Origin: Octopus vulgaris
Taxonomy: Eukaryota
Assembly (NCBI GenBank): GCA_951406725.2
Contig: OX597821.1
Span: 42,966,001-43,030,000 of the forward strand
Length of the DNA stretch: 64,000 nt
Direction of reading: 5' to 3'
The position numbers were made by a program, and so were the translations under genes. Numbering within the stretch: the stretch's first letter is position 1; each line of letters starts with the position of its first letter. This document shows positions 13,377 to 25,721 of this stretch, in pieces. The notes under the pieces were generated by a model that had not been told where the DNA came from, did not search any database, and saw only the letters and a program-made list of their open reading frames with translations.

Positions 13377-14064
13377 TCATCATCATCATTTAACATCTGT
13401 TTTCCTTGCAAGCTTGGGTGGAATGGTTTGACTGGAGCTGGTAAGGCCAGGCACCGCACCAGGCTCCATTATCTGTTCTGACATGGTTTCTACAGCTGGA
13501 TGCCCTTCCTAATACCAACCACTCCACAGAGTGTACCAGGTACTTTTATGTGGCACCAGCACCAATGCTTTTAATGTGGAACCAGTATGAGTGCTTTTTA
13601 TGTGACACCAGCACCAATGCTTTTAATGTGGAACCAGTATGAGTGCTTTTTAATGTGACACCAGCAACTGTATCGATTCTGTTGTGGTAGATGGATCTTC
13701 TCGAATACAGCAATGTATCAGGTATCTCAGTCCTTTGTCATCTCCTTCATCAGGTTCTGTGTCTTGTTGGGCATCTCTCTTCCACAAGTTTCATTCACTT
13801 AAAGTGATCAGCATTTCTGTTTGCAACTGTCTACATCCATATGCATCACATGACCAAACTAGTGCAGTTTTCTCTCTTGCACACTGCATCTGCATCTAAT
13901 CCTTCTTATTCCCAACTTTTCCCTCAAAACACTACCAGTTTTCCCTCAAAACACTACTAGCTTCATTCCTCTCTAGCCTTTACATGTCTTCTACATTCAG
14001 GACCCACATCTCACTACCATGTAACAATGCTGTTTGCATACTTGCATTATACAATCCTCCTTTC

Positions 14065-14130
<66 letters not shown>

Positions 14131-15500
14131 TTTTGGTTGCTAACTCTGATAAAAGTTCTCTGAATTTTCTCTATCCTTTTCTTATTCTAGTGATTACACT
14201 TTCTGTGCATCGTCCCCCACATCTAATTAGGTCTTCTAGGTAGCAGAAATTATTGACTACCTCTAAAGAACATCTAGGAAATTTGAGAAAATTGATTCCC
14301 TGAGTATCTGTAGTTTTTATGGATCCTGTGCATCTTCCACATACAAACACTACCTTCTCTGATAACCTTCCTATTATTCCACTGCACTTTGTGTGTGCCC
14401 ATAGCTTGCACTGGGTACACTGTATGGAATTCCTGCCTACACCTTTTCTACATATCAAGCAGGGCCATTTACCTGATGGAGGAAGAGTCCTGTCCATTTT
14501 CTTGCTTTCTAGAACCTTAGTCTTTGTTAATTTAACCTTAAGGCCCTTTGATTCCAGATTTTGCTTTCACATTAGGAATTTCTTTTCTAGTTCTGTTACA
14601 CAACCTGCTCAAGATCATCAGCAGCCAGTCTTAAATTCTTCTATTATCGCCTGAAGGACGATGACAAATAGGAGGGGACTGAGAACCAAACCCTGAGGAA
14701 TACCTACCTGTACACTGTATTCGTCACTAATAGTTAACTCTCACCTTACTGTCAGAACCTTTGCACACGGCATGTACAGCTTTTACAAGTCACTTGTCTA
14801 CTCCTAGCTTCCTCAGAGCTCACCATATCATACAACAAGGTACTCTGTCAAAGGTTTTCTCTAAGTCAACACTAAGTACAATAGTTTATTGGCTAAATAC
14901 TTCTGCAGCTGTCTAATTATAACAATAGCATCAGTAGTGCTTCTTCCTGGCTCAAAGCCTAACTGCATTTCATCTAATCTGATTCTGCTGCCTTAACTTT
15001 CACGACCTAGTCCAGCAACTTGATGTCTCTGTAATTACTTCTATCTAAGGCATCTCCCTTACCCTCATAGCAGCTGACTATAATGCTGCTACACCAGTCA
15101 TTGGGAATGACACCTTCCTGAATAACCTGATTAGCTAGCTATATGGGTGACCAGACTGTATCCTCCTCTGCCAGATATTTTAAGCATCTCAGTGATGACT
15201 CCTGATGGGCCAGGGCTTTTCCCTGTCTTCTTATCCTTAATTGCCTTATCTATCATACTGCTGTCAACATGAATTGCTGGTCCTTCTGTTGCATTCACAT
15301 ATGGGAGATTCTTTCTCTCATTTATTTCCTATATTTAATAGCCTTGCATAATAGCACTTTCACGCTTCTTTCTTTTTGGAATCACTGGTTGCAAGCATAC
15401 TATTATCCATATGAATATACTTCTCTCCTACAACATTTCGATTCTCTCGACACAGCGTCTAGCAACCTGGAACACCTCAAGTCTCTGATCTTCACACTGT
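13377..15500 (-). mobile_element. Degenerate 5'-truncated RTE LINE (second copy)
   Basis: ORF 14171-14497 KWPCLICRKGVGRNSIQCTQCKLWAHTKC. RT remnants at 14600-15250. 3' UTR and (GAT)n tail shared with the 7651 copy. Confidence 0.88.
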
Positions 15501-15553
15501 AAGTCATTGGTACACCTCTTCCTTTATACATATATATATATATATATATATAA

Positions 15554-15849
15554 ATTAATAAATAAAACATATGCATATATACATACATGTATGTACGTAC
15601 CAACCTCTACATGTATATATACATGCATATATGGGTACAGGACACCAAAAAAACGTCAAACACAATGAGAAACGAAAACATAAACACAAAACCAAGGAAC
15701 TGGACTCCTTGATTTTGTGTATATGTTTTCGTTTCTCATTGTGTTCGACGTTTTTTGGTGTCCTGTACCCGTATATGCGTGTATATATACATGTAGAGGT
15801 TGGTACGTACATATATGTATATATATATGCATATGTTTTATTTATTAAT
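15554..15849. repeat. Long inverted repeat (~145-bp arms, 7-nt loop)
   Basis: 15554-15698 is the reverse complement of 15706-15849 with few mismatches, giving mirror-image ORFs on both strands. Confidence 0.92.
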
Positions 15850-15920
15850 ATATTATATGACGGTACGCACGCATCCATTTCTAAGTAAGATTGTTCTATA
15901 TATATATATATATATATATA

Positions 15921-16120
15921 TACAAAATAAGAAAATGGATAAACACATCTTAATCAATGATCAACTACCAGATAATACCCAATCACATAATTTATTAATT
16001 TCTATATTATTATGTTTGACCTTAATGTTCATATGTAGTGGTTTAATAAATTATGTGATTGGGTATTATCTGGTTGTTGATCATTGATTAAGATGTGTTT
16101 ATCCATTTTCTTATTTTGTA
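15921..16120. repeat. Inverted repeat (78-bp arms, ~44-nt spacer)
   Basis: 'tacaaaataagaaaatggataaacacatcttaatcaatgatcaac...tttattaa' at 15921-15998 is mirrored at 16043-16120. Confidence 0.92.
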
Positions 16121-16289
16121 TTATTAATTTGTGGTAAAACATTTTACCTTTGCCCATATAATACAGTGAATGAATTAACTGCATCGCAATTCTTAACATT
16201 TATGTATTACTTTGTTGGGTACTTCACTAGCAGTATATTGGATATATGTTATCCCATGGAGGGTTGCACTTACAATCCCTATCTCAATT

Positions 16290-16323
<34 letters not shown>

Positions 16324-16332
<9 letters not shown>

Positions 16333-19300
16333 TTAATAAGGGTGAGAGAATTAGATACTAATTTAATAGTATATTTATTCAACACCAAGTGGCCTAGTGC
16401 TCCGAGAAACCTGGATTATTATAATATTTTATAACATATTATAATATTTTTACAAAATAAATATAAGAGAGTGGTCACTATATTGCTCACTCTAGCACCA
16501 GTTAATCCAAAAGGTTTCAACCACGAAAATACATGTTTCCCATGAAAGTCAGTACGATTGTTAGCTCACACAGACAGGGCAAATAAAAAATAACAAAAAT
16601 ACAGATTATTTTGGGACAATTGTTTCGCTATTAATGAATTAAATGTAATTTTACTTACAAAAAATCCATTTGTAGCTCGTCAGCCAAGACTATCTGGATG
16701 AAATCCACTCAATCACACGCCAGATTTTACCATAACGATAAATACGCGTGTGGTTCAATTGATTACATCCGACGTTATAATTCAAATGCCCCAACCAACA
16801 GCGCGCCAAACTTTCACGGAAAACAAATACAGCATTTAGAAATAAATGCAGCATAATTATAATTAATTAATAAGGGTGAGAGAATTAGATACTAATTTAA
16901 TAGTATATTTATTCAACACCAAGTGGCCTAGTGCTCCGAGAAACCTGGATTATTATAATATTTTATAACATATTATAATATTTTTACAAAATAAATATAA
17001 GAGAGTGGTCACTATATTGCTCACTCTAGCACCAGTTAATCCAAAAGGTTTCAACCACGAAAATACATGTTTCCCTTGAAAGTCAGTACGATTGTTAGCT
17101 CACACGGACAGGGCAAATAAAAAATAACAAAAATACAGATTATTTTGGGACAATTGTTTCGCTATTAATGAATTAAATGTAATTTTACTTACAAAAAATC
17201 CATTTGTAGCTCGTCAGCCAAGACTATCTGGATGAAATCCACTCAATCACACGCCAGATTTTACCATAACGATAAATACGCGTGTGGTTCAATTGATTAC
17301 ATCCGACGTTATAATTCAAATGCCCCAACCAACAGCGCGCCAAACTTTCACGGAAAACAAATACAGCATTTAGAAATAAATGCAGCATAATTATAATTAA
17401 TTAATAAGGGTGAGAGAATTAGATACTAATTTAATAGTATATTTATTCAACACCAAGTGGCCTAGTGCTCCGAGAAACCTGGATTATTATAATATTTTAT
17501 AACATATTATAATATTTTTACAAAATAAATATAAGAGAGTGGTCACTATATTGCTCACTCTAGCACCAGTTAATCCAAAAGGTTTCAACCACGAAAATAC
17601 ATGTTTCCCATGAAAGTCAGTACGATTGTTAGCTCACACGGACAGGGCAAATAAAAAATAACAAAAATACAGATTATTTTGGGACAATTGTTTCGCTATT
17701 AATGAATTAAATGTAATTTTACTTACAAAAAATCCATTTGTAGCTCGTCAGCCAAGACTATCTGGATGAAATCCACTCAATCACACGCCAGATTTTACCA
17801 TAACGATAAATACGCGTGTGGTTCAATTGATTACATCCGACGTTATAATTCAAATGCCCCAACCAACAGCGCGCCAAACTTTCACGGAAAACAAATACAG
17901 CATTTAGAAATAAATGCAGCATAATTATAATTAATTAATAAGGGTGAGAGAATTAGATACTAATTTAATAGTATATTTATTCAACACCAAGTGGCCTAGT
18001 GCTCCGAGAAACCTGGATTATTATAATATTTTATAACATATTATAATATTTTTACAAAATAAATATAAGAGAGTGGTCACTATATTGCTCACTCTAGCAC
18101 CAGTTAATCCAAAAGGTTTCAACCACGAAAATACATGTTTCCCATGAAAGTCAGTACGATTGTTAGCTCACACGGACAGGGCAAATAAAAAATAACAAAA
18201 ATACAGATTATTTTGGGACAATTGTTTCGCTATTAATGAATTAAATGTAATTTTACTTACAAAAAATCCATTTGTAGCTCGTCAGCCAAGACTATCTGGA
18301 TGAAATCCACTCAATCACACGCCAGATTTTACCATAACGATAAATACGCGTGTGGTTCAATTGATTACATCCGACGTTATAATTCAAATGCCCCAACCAA
18401 CAGCGCGCCAAACTTTCACGGAAAACAAATACAGCATTTAGAAATAAATGCAGCATAATTATAATTAATTAATAAGGGTGAGAGAATTAGATACTAATTT
18501 AATAGTATATTTATTCAACACCAAGTGGCCTAGTGCTCCGAGAAACCTGGATTATTATAATATTTTATAACATATTATAATATTTTTACAAAATAAATAT
18601 AAGAGAGTGGTCACTATATTGCTCACTCTAGCACCAGTTAATCCAAAAGGTTTCAACCACGAAAATACATGTTTCCCTTGAAAGTCAGTACGATTGTTAG
18701 CTCACACGGACAGGGCAAATAAAAAATAACAAAAATACAGATTATTTTGGGACAATTGTTTCGCTATTAATGAATTAAATGTAATTTTACTTACAAAAAA
18801 TCCATTTGTAGCTCGTCAGCCAAGACTATCTGGATGAAATCCACTCAATCACACGCCAGATTTTACCATAACGATAAATACGCGTGTGGTTCAATTGATT
18901 ACATCCGACGTTATAATTCAAATGCCCCAACCAACAGCGCGCCAAACTTTCACGGAAAACAAATACAGCATTTAGAAATAAATGCAGCATAATTATAATT
19001 AATTAATAAGGGTGAGAGAATTAGATACTAATTTAATAGTATATTTATTCAACACCAAGTGGCCTAGTGCTCCGAGAAACCTGGATTATTATAATATTTT
19101 ATAACATATTATAATATTTTTACAAAATAAATATAAGAGAGTGGTCACTATATTGCTCACTCTAGCACCAGTTAATCCAAAAGGTTTCAACCACGAAAAT
19201 ACATGTTTCCCATGAAAGTCAGTACGATTGTTAGCTCACACGGACAGGGCAAATAAAAAATAACAAAAATACAGATTATTTTGGGACAATTGTTTCGCTA

Positions 19301-20431
19301 TTAATGAATTAAATGTAATTTTACTTACAAAAAATCCATTTGTAGCTCGTCAGCCAAGACTATCTGGATGAAATCCACTCAATCACACGCCAGATTTTAC
19401 CATAACGATAAATACGCGTGTGGTTCAATTGATTACATCCGACGTTATAATTCAAATGCCCCAACCAACAGCGCGCCAAACTTTCACGGAAAACAAATAC
19501 AGCATTTAGAAATAAATGCAGCATAATTATAATTAATTAATAAGGGTGAGAGAATTAGATACTAATTTAATAGTATATTTATTCAACACCAAGTGGCCTA
19601 GTGCTCCGAGAAACCTGGATTATTATAATATTTTATAACATATTATAATATTTTTACAAAATAAATATAAGAGAGTGGTCACTATATTGCTCACTCTAGC
19701 ACCAGTTAATCCAAAAGGTTTCAACCACGAAAATACATGTTTCCCATGAAAGTCAGTACGATTGTTAGCTCACACGGACAGGGCAAATAAAAAATAACAA
19801 AAATACAGATTATTTTGGGACAATTGTTTCGCTATTAATGAATTAAATGTAATTTTACTTACAAAAAAATCCATTTGTAGCTCGTCAGCCAAGACTATCT
19901 GGATGAAATCCACTCAATCACACGCCAGATTTTACCATAACGATAAATACGCGTGTGGTTCAATTGATTACATCCGACGTTATAATTCAAATGCCCCAAC
20001 CAACAGCGCGCCAAACTTTCACGGAAAACAAATACAGCATTTAGAAATAAATGCAGCATAATTATAATTAATTAATAAGGGTGAGAGAATTAGATACTAA
20101 TTTAATAGTATATTTATTCAACACCAAGTGGCCTAGTGCTCCGAGAAACCTGGATTATTATAATATTTTATAACATATTATAATATTTTTACAAAATAAA
20201 TATAAGAGAGTGGTCACTATATTGCTCACTCTAGCACCAGTTAATCCAAAAGGTTTCAACCACGAAAATACATGTTTCCCATGAAAGTCAGTACGATTGT
20301 TAGCTCACACGGACAGGGCAAATAAAAAATAACAAAAATACAGATTATTTTGGGACAATTGTTTCGCTATTAATGAATTAAATGTAATTTTACTTACAAA
20401 AAATCCATTTGTAGCTCGTCAGCCAAGACTA
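16324..20431 (-). repeat. 534-bp tandem array, ~7.7 copies, >99% identical, one hammerhead ribozyme per unit on the minus strand
   Basis: Landmark 'gggtgagagaattag' at 16340, 16874, 17408, 17942, 18476, 19010, 19544, 20079. No ORF of 60 aa or more. Confidence 0.98.
16604..16694 (-). ncRNA. Type I hammerhead ribozyme (first of 8 minus-strand copies, spaced 534 bp)
   Basis: Reverse complement reads gatagtcttgg-CTGACGA-gcta...tagc-GAAAC-aatt-GTC-ccaaaataatc. Confidence 0.88.
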
Positions 20432-20710
20432 ATATGTTATAAAATATTATAATAATCCAGGTTTCTCGGAGCACTAGGCCACTTGGTGTTGAATAAATAT
20501 ACTATTAAATTAGTATCTAATTCTCTCACCCTTATTAATTAATTATAATTATGCTGCATTTATTTCTAAATGCTGTATTTGTTTTCCGTGAAAGTTTGGC
20601 GCGCTGTTGGTTGGGGCATTTGAATTATAACGTCGGATGTAATCAATTGAACCACACGCGTATTTATCGTTATGGTAAAATCTGGCGTGTGATTGAGTGG
20701 ATTTCATCCA

Positions 20711-20801
20711 GATAGTCTTGGCTGACGAGCTACAAATGGATTTTTTGTAAGTAAAATTACATTTAATTCATTAATAGCGAAACAATTGTCCCAAAATAAT
20801 C
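20711..20801 (+). ncRNA. Type I hammerhead ribozyme
   Basis: CUGACGA at 20722-20728. Stem II gcta/tagc, extended by aatggatt/aattcatt and tgtaa/ttaca. GAAAC at 20779-20783. Palindromic stem III acaattgt. GUC cleavage after 20790. Stem I ttgg/ccaa plus gat/atc. Confidence 0.9.
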
Positions 20802-21243
20802 TGTATTTTGTTATTTTTTATTTGCCCTGTCCGTGTGAGCTAACAATCGTACTGACTTTCATGGGAAACATGTATTTTCGTGGTTGAAACCTTTTGGATT
20901 AACTGGTGCTGGAGTGAGCAATATAGTGACCACTCTCTTATATTTATTTTGTAAAAATATTATAATATGTTATAAAATATTATAATAATCCAGGTTTCTC
21001 GGAGCACTAGGCCACTTGGTGTTGAATAAATATACTATTAAATTAGTATCTAATTCTCTCACCCTTATTAATTAATTATAATTATGCTGCATTTATTTCT
21101 AAATGCTGTATTTGTTTTCCGTGAAAGTTTGGCGCGCTGTTGGTTGGGGCATTTGAATTATAACGTCGGATGTAATCAATTGAACCACACGCGTATTTAT
21201 CGTTATGGTAAAATCTGGCGTGTGATTGAGTGGATTTCATCCA

Positions 21244-21334
21244 GATAGTCTTGGCTGACGAGCTACAAATGGATTTTTTGTAAGTAAAATTACATTTAAT
21301 TCATTAATAGCGAAACAATTGTCCCAAAATAATC
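21244..21334 (+). ncRNA. Type I hammerhead ribozyme
   Basis: Identical to the motif at 20711-20801. Cleavage predicted after 21323. Confidence 0.9.
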
Positions 21335-21532
21335 TGTATTTTTGTTATTTTTTATTTGCCCTGTCCGTGTGAGCTAACAATCGTACTGACTTTCATGGGA
21401 AACATGTATTTTCGTGGTTGAAACCTTTTGGATTAACTGGTGCTAGAGTGAGCAATATAGTGACCACTCTCTTATATTTATTATATATATATATATATAT
21501 ATAAACTTACTTGGAGATGGACGTGTGGCATT

Positions 21533-21915
21533 TAATCATATAATAATATCAATAATATATATATATATGCATATATACTTACATATATGTACATACTTAC
21601 ATATATGCATATATGGGTACAGGACATTACAAAACGTAAACAACATGAAATACGAAAACGACATGGATTACGAAATATGAAAACAACATGAAATACAAAG
21701 GAAAACCTGTGTATGCGAACGAGAGAAACAAATGGAAAGCAAGACAAGCAAGATAAAGAACGACCCTTCCTCAGTTGTCAGCTGTTTACTCCACATTTTG
21801 AGCAAGTCACAACAATACGTGACTTCGAAAAACAGTTGCTCGCGCAAACCAAAATAAAATTTGGGATTTGCGGAGGGTCAAATTTGGTAACAAAAACAGG
21901 ACAGTAGGAACACAA
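21533..21915. mobile_element. Non-coding interspersed repeat, probably PLE-terminus derived
   Basis: Shares 'catatatgggtacaggaca...aaaacgt..acaa..tga.a.acgaaaac' with the arm at 15620-15680. Confidence 0.5.
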
Positions 21916-21917
21916 CA

Positions 21918-22077
21918 ATCATCATCATCATTGTTCGACCGTGGTCGAGACAATGGAATTTACCATGCTACGCTAGACTTCACAGTCCATCATAACATTA
22001 CGGAGGTCCTGTTGCTGGATGCTTGTATCCCTGGAGATTACATCAGGGTAGGAGAGTGTGTGCCCTCTGGTATCGAT
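21918..22077 (-). mobile_element. 3' end of an RTE-like LINE (different family)
   Basis: Encodes TLSYPDVISRDTSIQQQDLRNVMMD and ends in a (GAT)n tail. Confidence 0.65.
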
Positions 22078-23379
22078 TTTCCATGCTGGCATGGGTTGGC
22101 TGGTTTGACTGTGGACTAGCAAGCCAAGAAGCTGTACTAGGCTCCAATCTGATCTGGCAATGTTTCTACAGCTGAATGCCCTTCTTAATGCCAACCACTC
22201 CAAGAGTGTAGTGGGTGCTTTTTATGTGTCACTGGCACAAGAGCCAGTCAGGGCAGTGGGGTGGGCTGGCATCAACCACATTTGGATGGTGCTTTTTACA
22301 TGCCACCGGCAAGGGTGCCAGTCAGGTGTCACTGGCAATGACCCACGCATGAGAGCCAGTCAGGCATTACTGGCATCGGCCACAACTATGATTTTCATTT
22401 TTGACTGATTTGATTTTTGATTTTACTTGATTCAATAGGTCTCCTCAAGCACAGCGTGTCGTCTGACGATTCAAAGGTACTTTTTAAATGGGCTGGTTGT
22501 GCAACACTGGTATAGGCTATGGCTGTGATCTCACTTTACTTGTTGAGTCTTCTCAATCACAGCATATCTCCAGAGGTCTGAGTCTCTTGTCATCACCTCT
22601 GTGAGGCCCAAAGTTCGAAGGACATGTTTCATCACCTCTTCCACGTCTCTCTTTTCCACGGGTTCTTTCCACTGTTGGGGAGTGAGACTTCTTCACACAG
22701 CTCTCTTCATCCACACACAGCACATGACCATACCAGCACAGTCGTCTCTCTTGCACACCACATCTGATGCTTCTTACGCCCAACATTTCCCTCAGGGTTC
22801 TTACATTCTGTTGTGTATGCACACTAATATTATACATCCAACGACTCATACTAGCTTCATTTCTTTCAAGCCTACGCATGTCTTCAGCAATCATGGCCTA
22901 TGTTTCACTGCTATGTAGCATGGCAGTTCACACACATGCATCATACAGTCTACCTTTCACTCTGAGCAAGAGGCCCTTCGTCACCAGTAGAGGTAGGAGC
23001 TTTCTGAACTTTGCCCAGGCTATTCTTATTCTAGTGGCAATGCTTTCCAAGCATCCACCCCCACTACAGACTTGGTTACCTAGGTAGCGGAAGCTATCAA
23101 CTACTTCTAGTTTCTCCCCTTGGCATGTGATGGAATCTATTTTCTGAGCATCTGCTGTGTTTATTGCCACACACAAAAATTATCATCCCGATTAAACTTC
23201 CTCCGATGTTGCTGCACCTCTTATCACCCATAGCTTATACTAGGTACATCTTATGGAGTTTCTACCTACACCTTTTCTACAGATTGAGCAGGGCCATCTA
23301 CTTGAAGGGGTTTGTGATCTGTTCGCCTTTCTACTTACTAGGACTTTGGTTTTTGTGACATTGACTCTAAGGCCCTTCG

Positions 23380-23380
<1 letters not shown>
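22078..23380 (-). mobile_element. 5'-truncated RTE LINE (third copy)
   Basis: ORFs with RWPCSICRKGVGRNSIRC, VDSFRYLG, RIRIAWAKFRKLLPLL, RRLCWYGHV. 3' UTR shared with the other copies. Confidence 0.9.
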
Positions 23381-23463
<83 letters not shown>

Positions 23464-23806
23464 ACAAAGTAAAATTGCAAGGTACAGCATGAGTGAAAAT
23501 AAATACGAAAGAGGATTTGAAATGCAGAGGTCTTTTAAAGTAAAATGTAAGGCTTTGTGTAGCCTTTGTTGTGTTAAAAATGGTTGTTATAGATGTATTA
23601 AAATACAGTCATACAGTCTTTGACAATGATAAGAAAATGTTAAGAAATAGAATCTTTGACAATTATAAGAAAATGTTAAGAAGAGCTTTTTGTTTAAACA
23701 TTTTACATAAAAGTTCAAAATTGGTAGTAAAATGAATTCATAAATATTTATAAGTTCATAAAAAGTCATGATTGTATAAAAGCATATATACAGAAAGAAT
23801 TTAATC

Positions 23807-24130
23807 CTATCCCACATCCAAGAGAGAATGGTGACCCCAACAGGAGTGTAACACCTCCCATTGGATCCTGACAGTCTCTGATGTCTCGTAAGGTTTTATG
23901 AAGTGTTTCAAGAGCTCCTTTGTATGCCATGGTATATCCGTCCCACGCCTTCTTAGCACTTGTGCCTTGTCTGAACTCTTGTTGATGTTGCTAGAAGGTG
24001 TATCAGATGTTACCAAATTCAGAGGAGACTTAAGGGTTGAGTGTGCTATTCTGCCCCCAGGCAGCAAAATTACAGCAATCTCAGAGGATGCCACAGCTAA
24101 TGCGATGTCCTTGTGCAGCAGAATTTAAGA
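23807..24130 (-). mobile_element. Helitron PIF1-like helicase fragment
   Basis: IALAVASSEIAVILLPGGRIAHSTLKSPLNL matches the Helitron helicase motif AVASSGIAATLLPGGRTAHS. Confidence 0.85.
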
Positions 24131-25721
24131 AATACATACGTTCTAGAATGGGAAGCAAAAAAATATATTTGCATACGTTTCATAAGGGAAAGCAAAGAAT
24201 ATTCTTTTCTATTCTAGGCACAAGGCCTTGTAACGGAATAAGTTTTACATAGTAAACGCGTAAGAGAATTAATTGCACTGGATGTAAGGGAGACAATAAA
24301 TTTCTGAGAGTTACCTCCCTTGTCCACTGGAATCGTATGTAACCCAGGAAAGGTTGTTTTCTGCCGCCAAGGGCCCATTACTCATTATGTCAACATTTTA
24401 AGAATCTAAAACCATCTCCGGAACATAAGTAATGCATGTTCCCAGTTTGGAGAAAATCAGTTGTGAACTTCAAAAGTTTTGCGGGTTTACACACACACAT
24501 ACAACCTGACTTTTATATATACTAAAAGTTTGCATGCAAAATCTCGATTGTTAATCAATAAATATCTTTACTATTGACATGAGTTCAAAGAATCAGTTTT
24601 TTTTCTTCTAGTTCTGTCGTGTCAGACGATTAAACAATAGATATTTACGCATCTTGCTGGATCGCAATTAACATCCCTAGAAGATATTGGAAGTTTTTGT
24701 GGGTCTTATGTTGCCAACAGCAAACTGGAGCATGTTAATCAAATGTCCTTAAACACACAATGGGTCATCTGTTAGTGTGAACACCCAAACTGTCAGCTGG
24801 TAATCCAACAAATGTCATATCTATATTTTGTGAATATCTATATTCTGTGAATTTAAATCCAAGCGAACATCATAAAGAGGTGACTCATTAAACATGATGT
24901 AGTCGAAAGTTTGACAGTTGGTGTTTTAGAAACAGGAACCCATTTTGTATTTAATGACAGGCTTTATTAATTATTCTAGTCTTAAAGACACATTTTTACC
25001 GTATGGACTCTTATTTAATTGAAACCAATAGAATTTCAACGGGGAATTTCGAGACACTACACTGAAATGAACATCCGGAAACTGTTGTTCGTTTCTCTCT
25101 ATTTTCGCTTCAAATATTCCACCAAGACAAAAGCTATTGATTCCTTATGAATATATAAAGTGTCGATTTTAGATGCATTTGGAGACATATTGTTACTTTT
25201 TTAAGTGTTATAGGTTGTGGTATCATCTAATGAGACTCCGCTCAGAAGGCTGTAATTTTATCGTGGTAAGAACCCGGTAAAAAAATACATGGAACAAGAT
25301 GATAACGTTAAATACGTTTATTGTGGTCACACGCATATATACACAAGCTGAATGGAAGCGGTTGATGTACATTTGTTCATATATCTACATGCATCTGCGT
25401 GGGTTGTATGTTAGCTGTTAACCCTGGTGAGAAGCTCACGAACAGCGATGTGTTAGAACCAGTGCAGTGTGTTGGTGCTGCGTAGATGTTGTCGACGACG
25501 TTGGTGAGAGACATCAGTGGTGGCGACGAAGATGGAGGTCGCTGCAATGTGGTTAGTGGTTAGACCTTAGAAAGTCTGAAACCAACTTACGTCGAGCCTA
25601 GGAAGAGGTGAACTTTTATAGCTGATGGTAGACTCAAATGCTTGTTTGGAACGGGCTGTCTCACGTAACTTATTTGAAGGTTGCGATTGGTTGGGTTGCC
25701 ATTTGGCGTGCGATAGAGTAA

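Larger units (their letters stand above)
20430..21482 (+). repeat. Inverted continuation of the 534-bp array (~2 copies)
   Basis: Reverse complement of the unit. The junction at 20430-20431 has 2-bp 'ta' microhomology. Ends in (TA)n at 21483. Confidence 0.97.

Noticed and set aside
16324-21482. CRISPR-like array or rDNA/histone repeat
   Set aside because: Units are identical end to end with no unique spacers, no cas genes, no rRNA similarity and no ORFs.
21760-21850. Possible hammerhead in the PLE-like repeat
   Set aside because: A CTGAGGA-like core exists on the minus strand, but no properly placed GAAA or closing stems were found.
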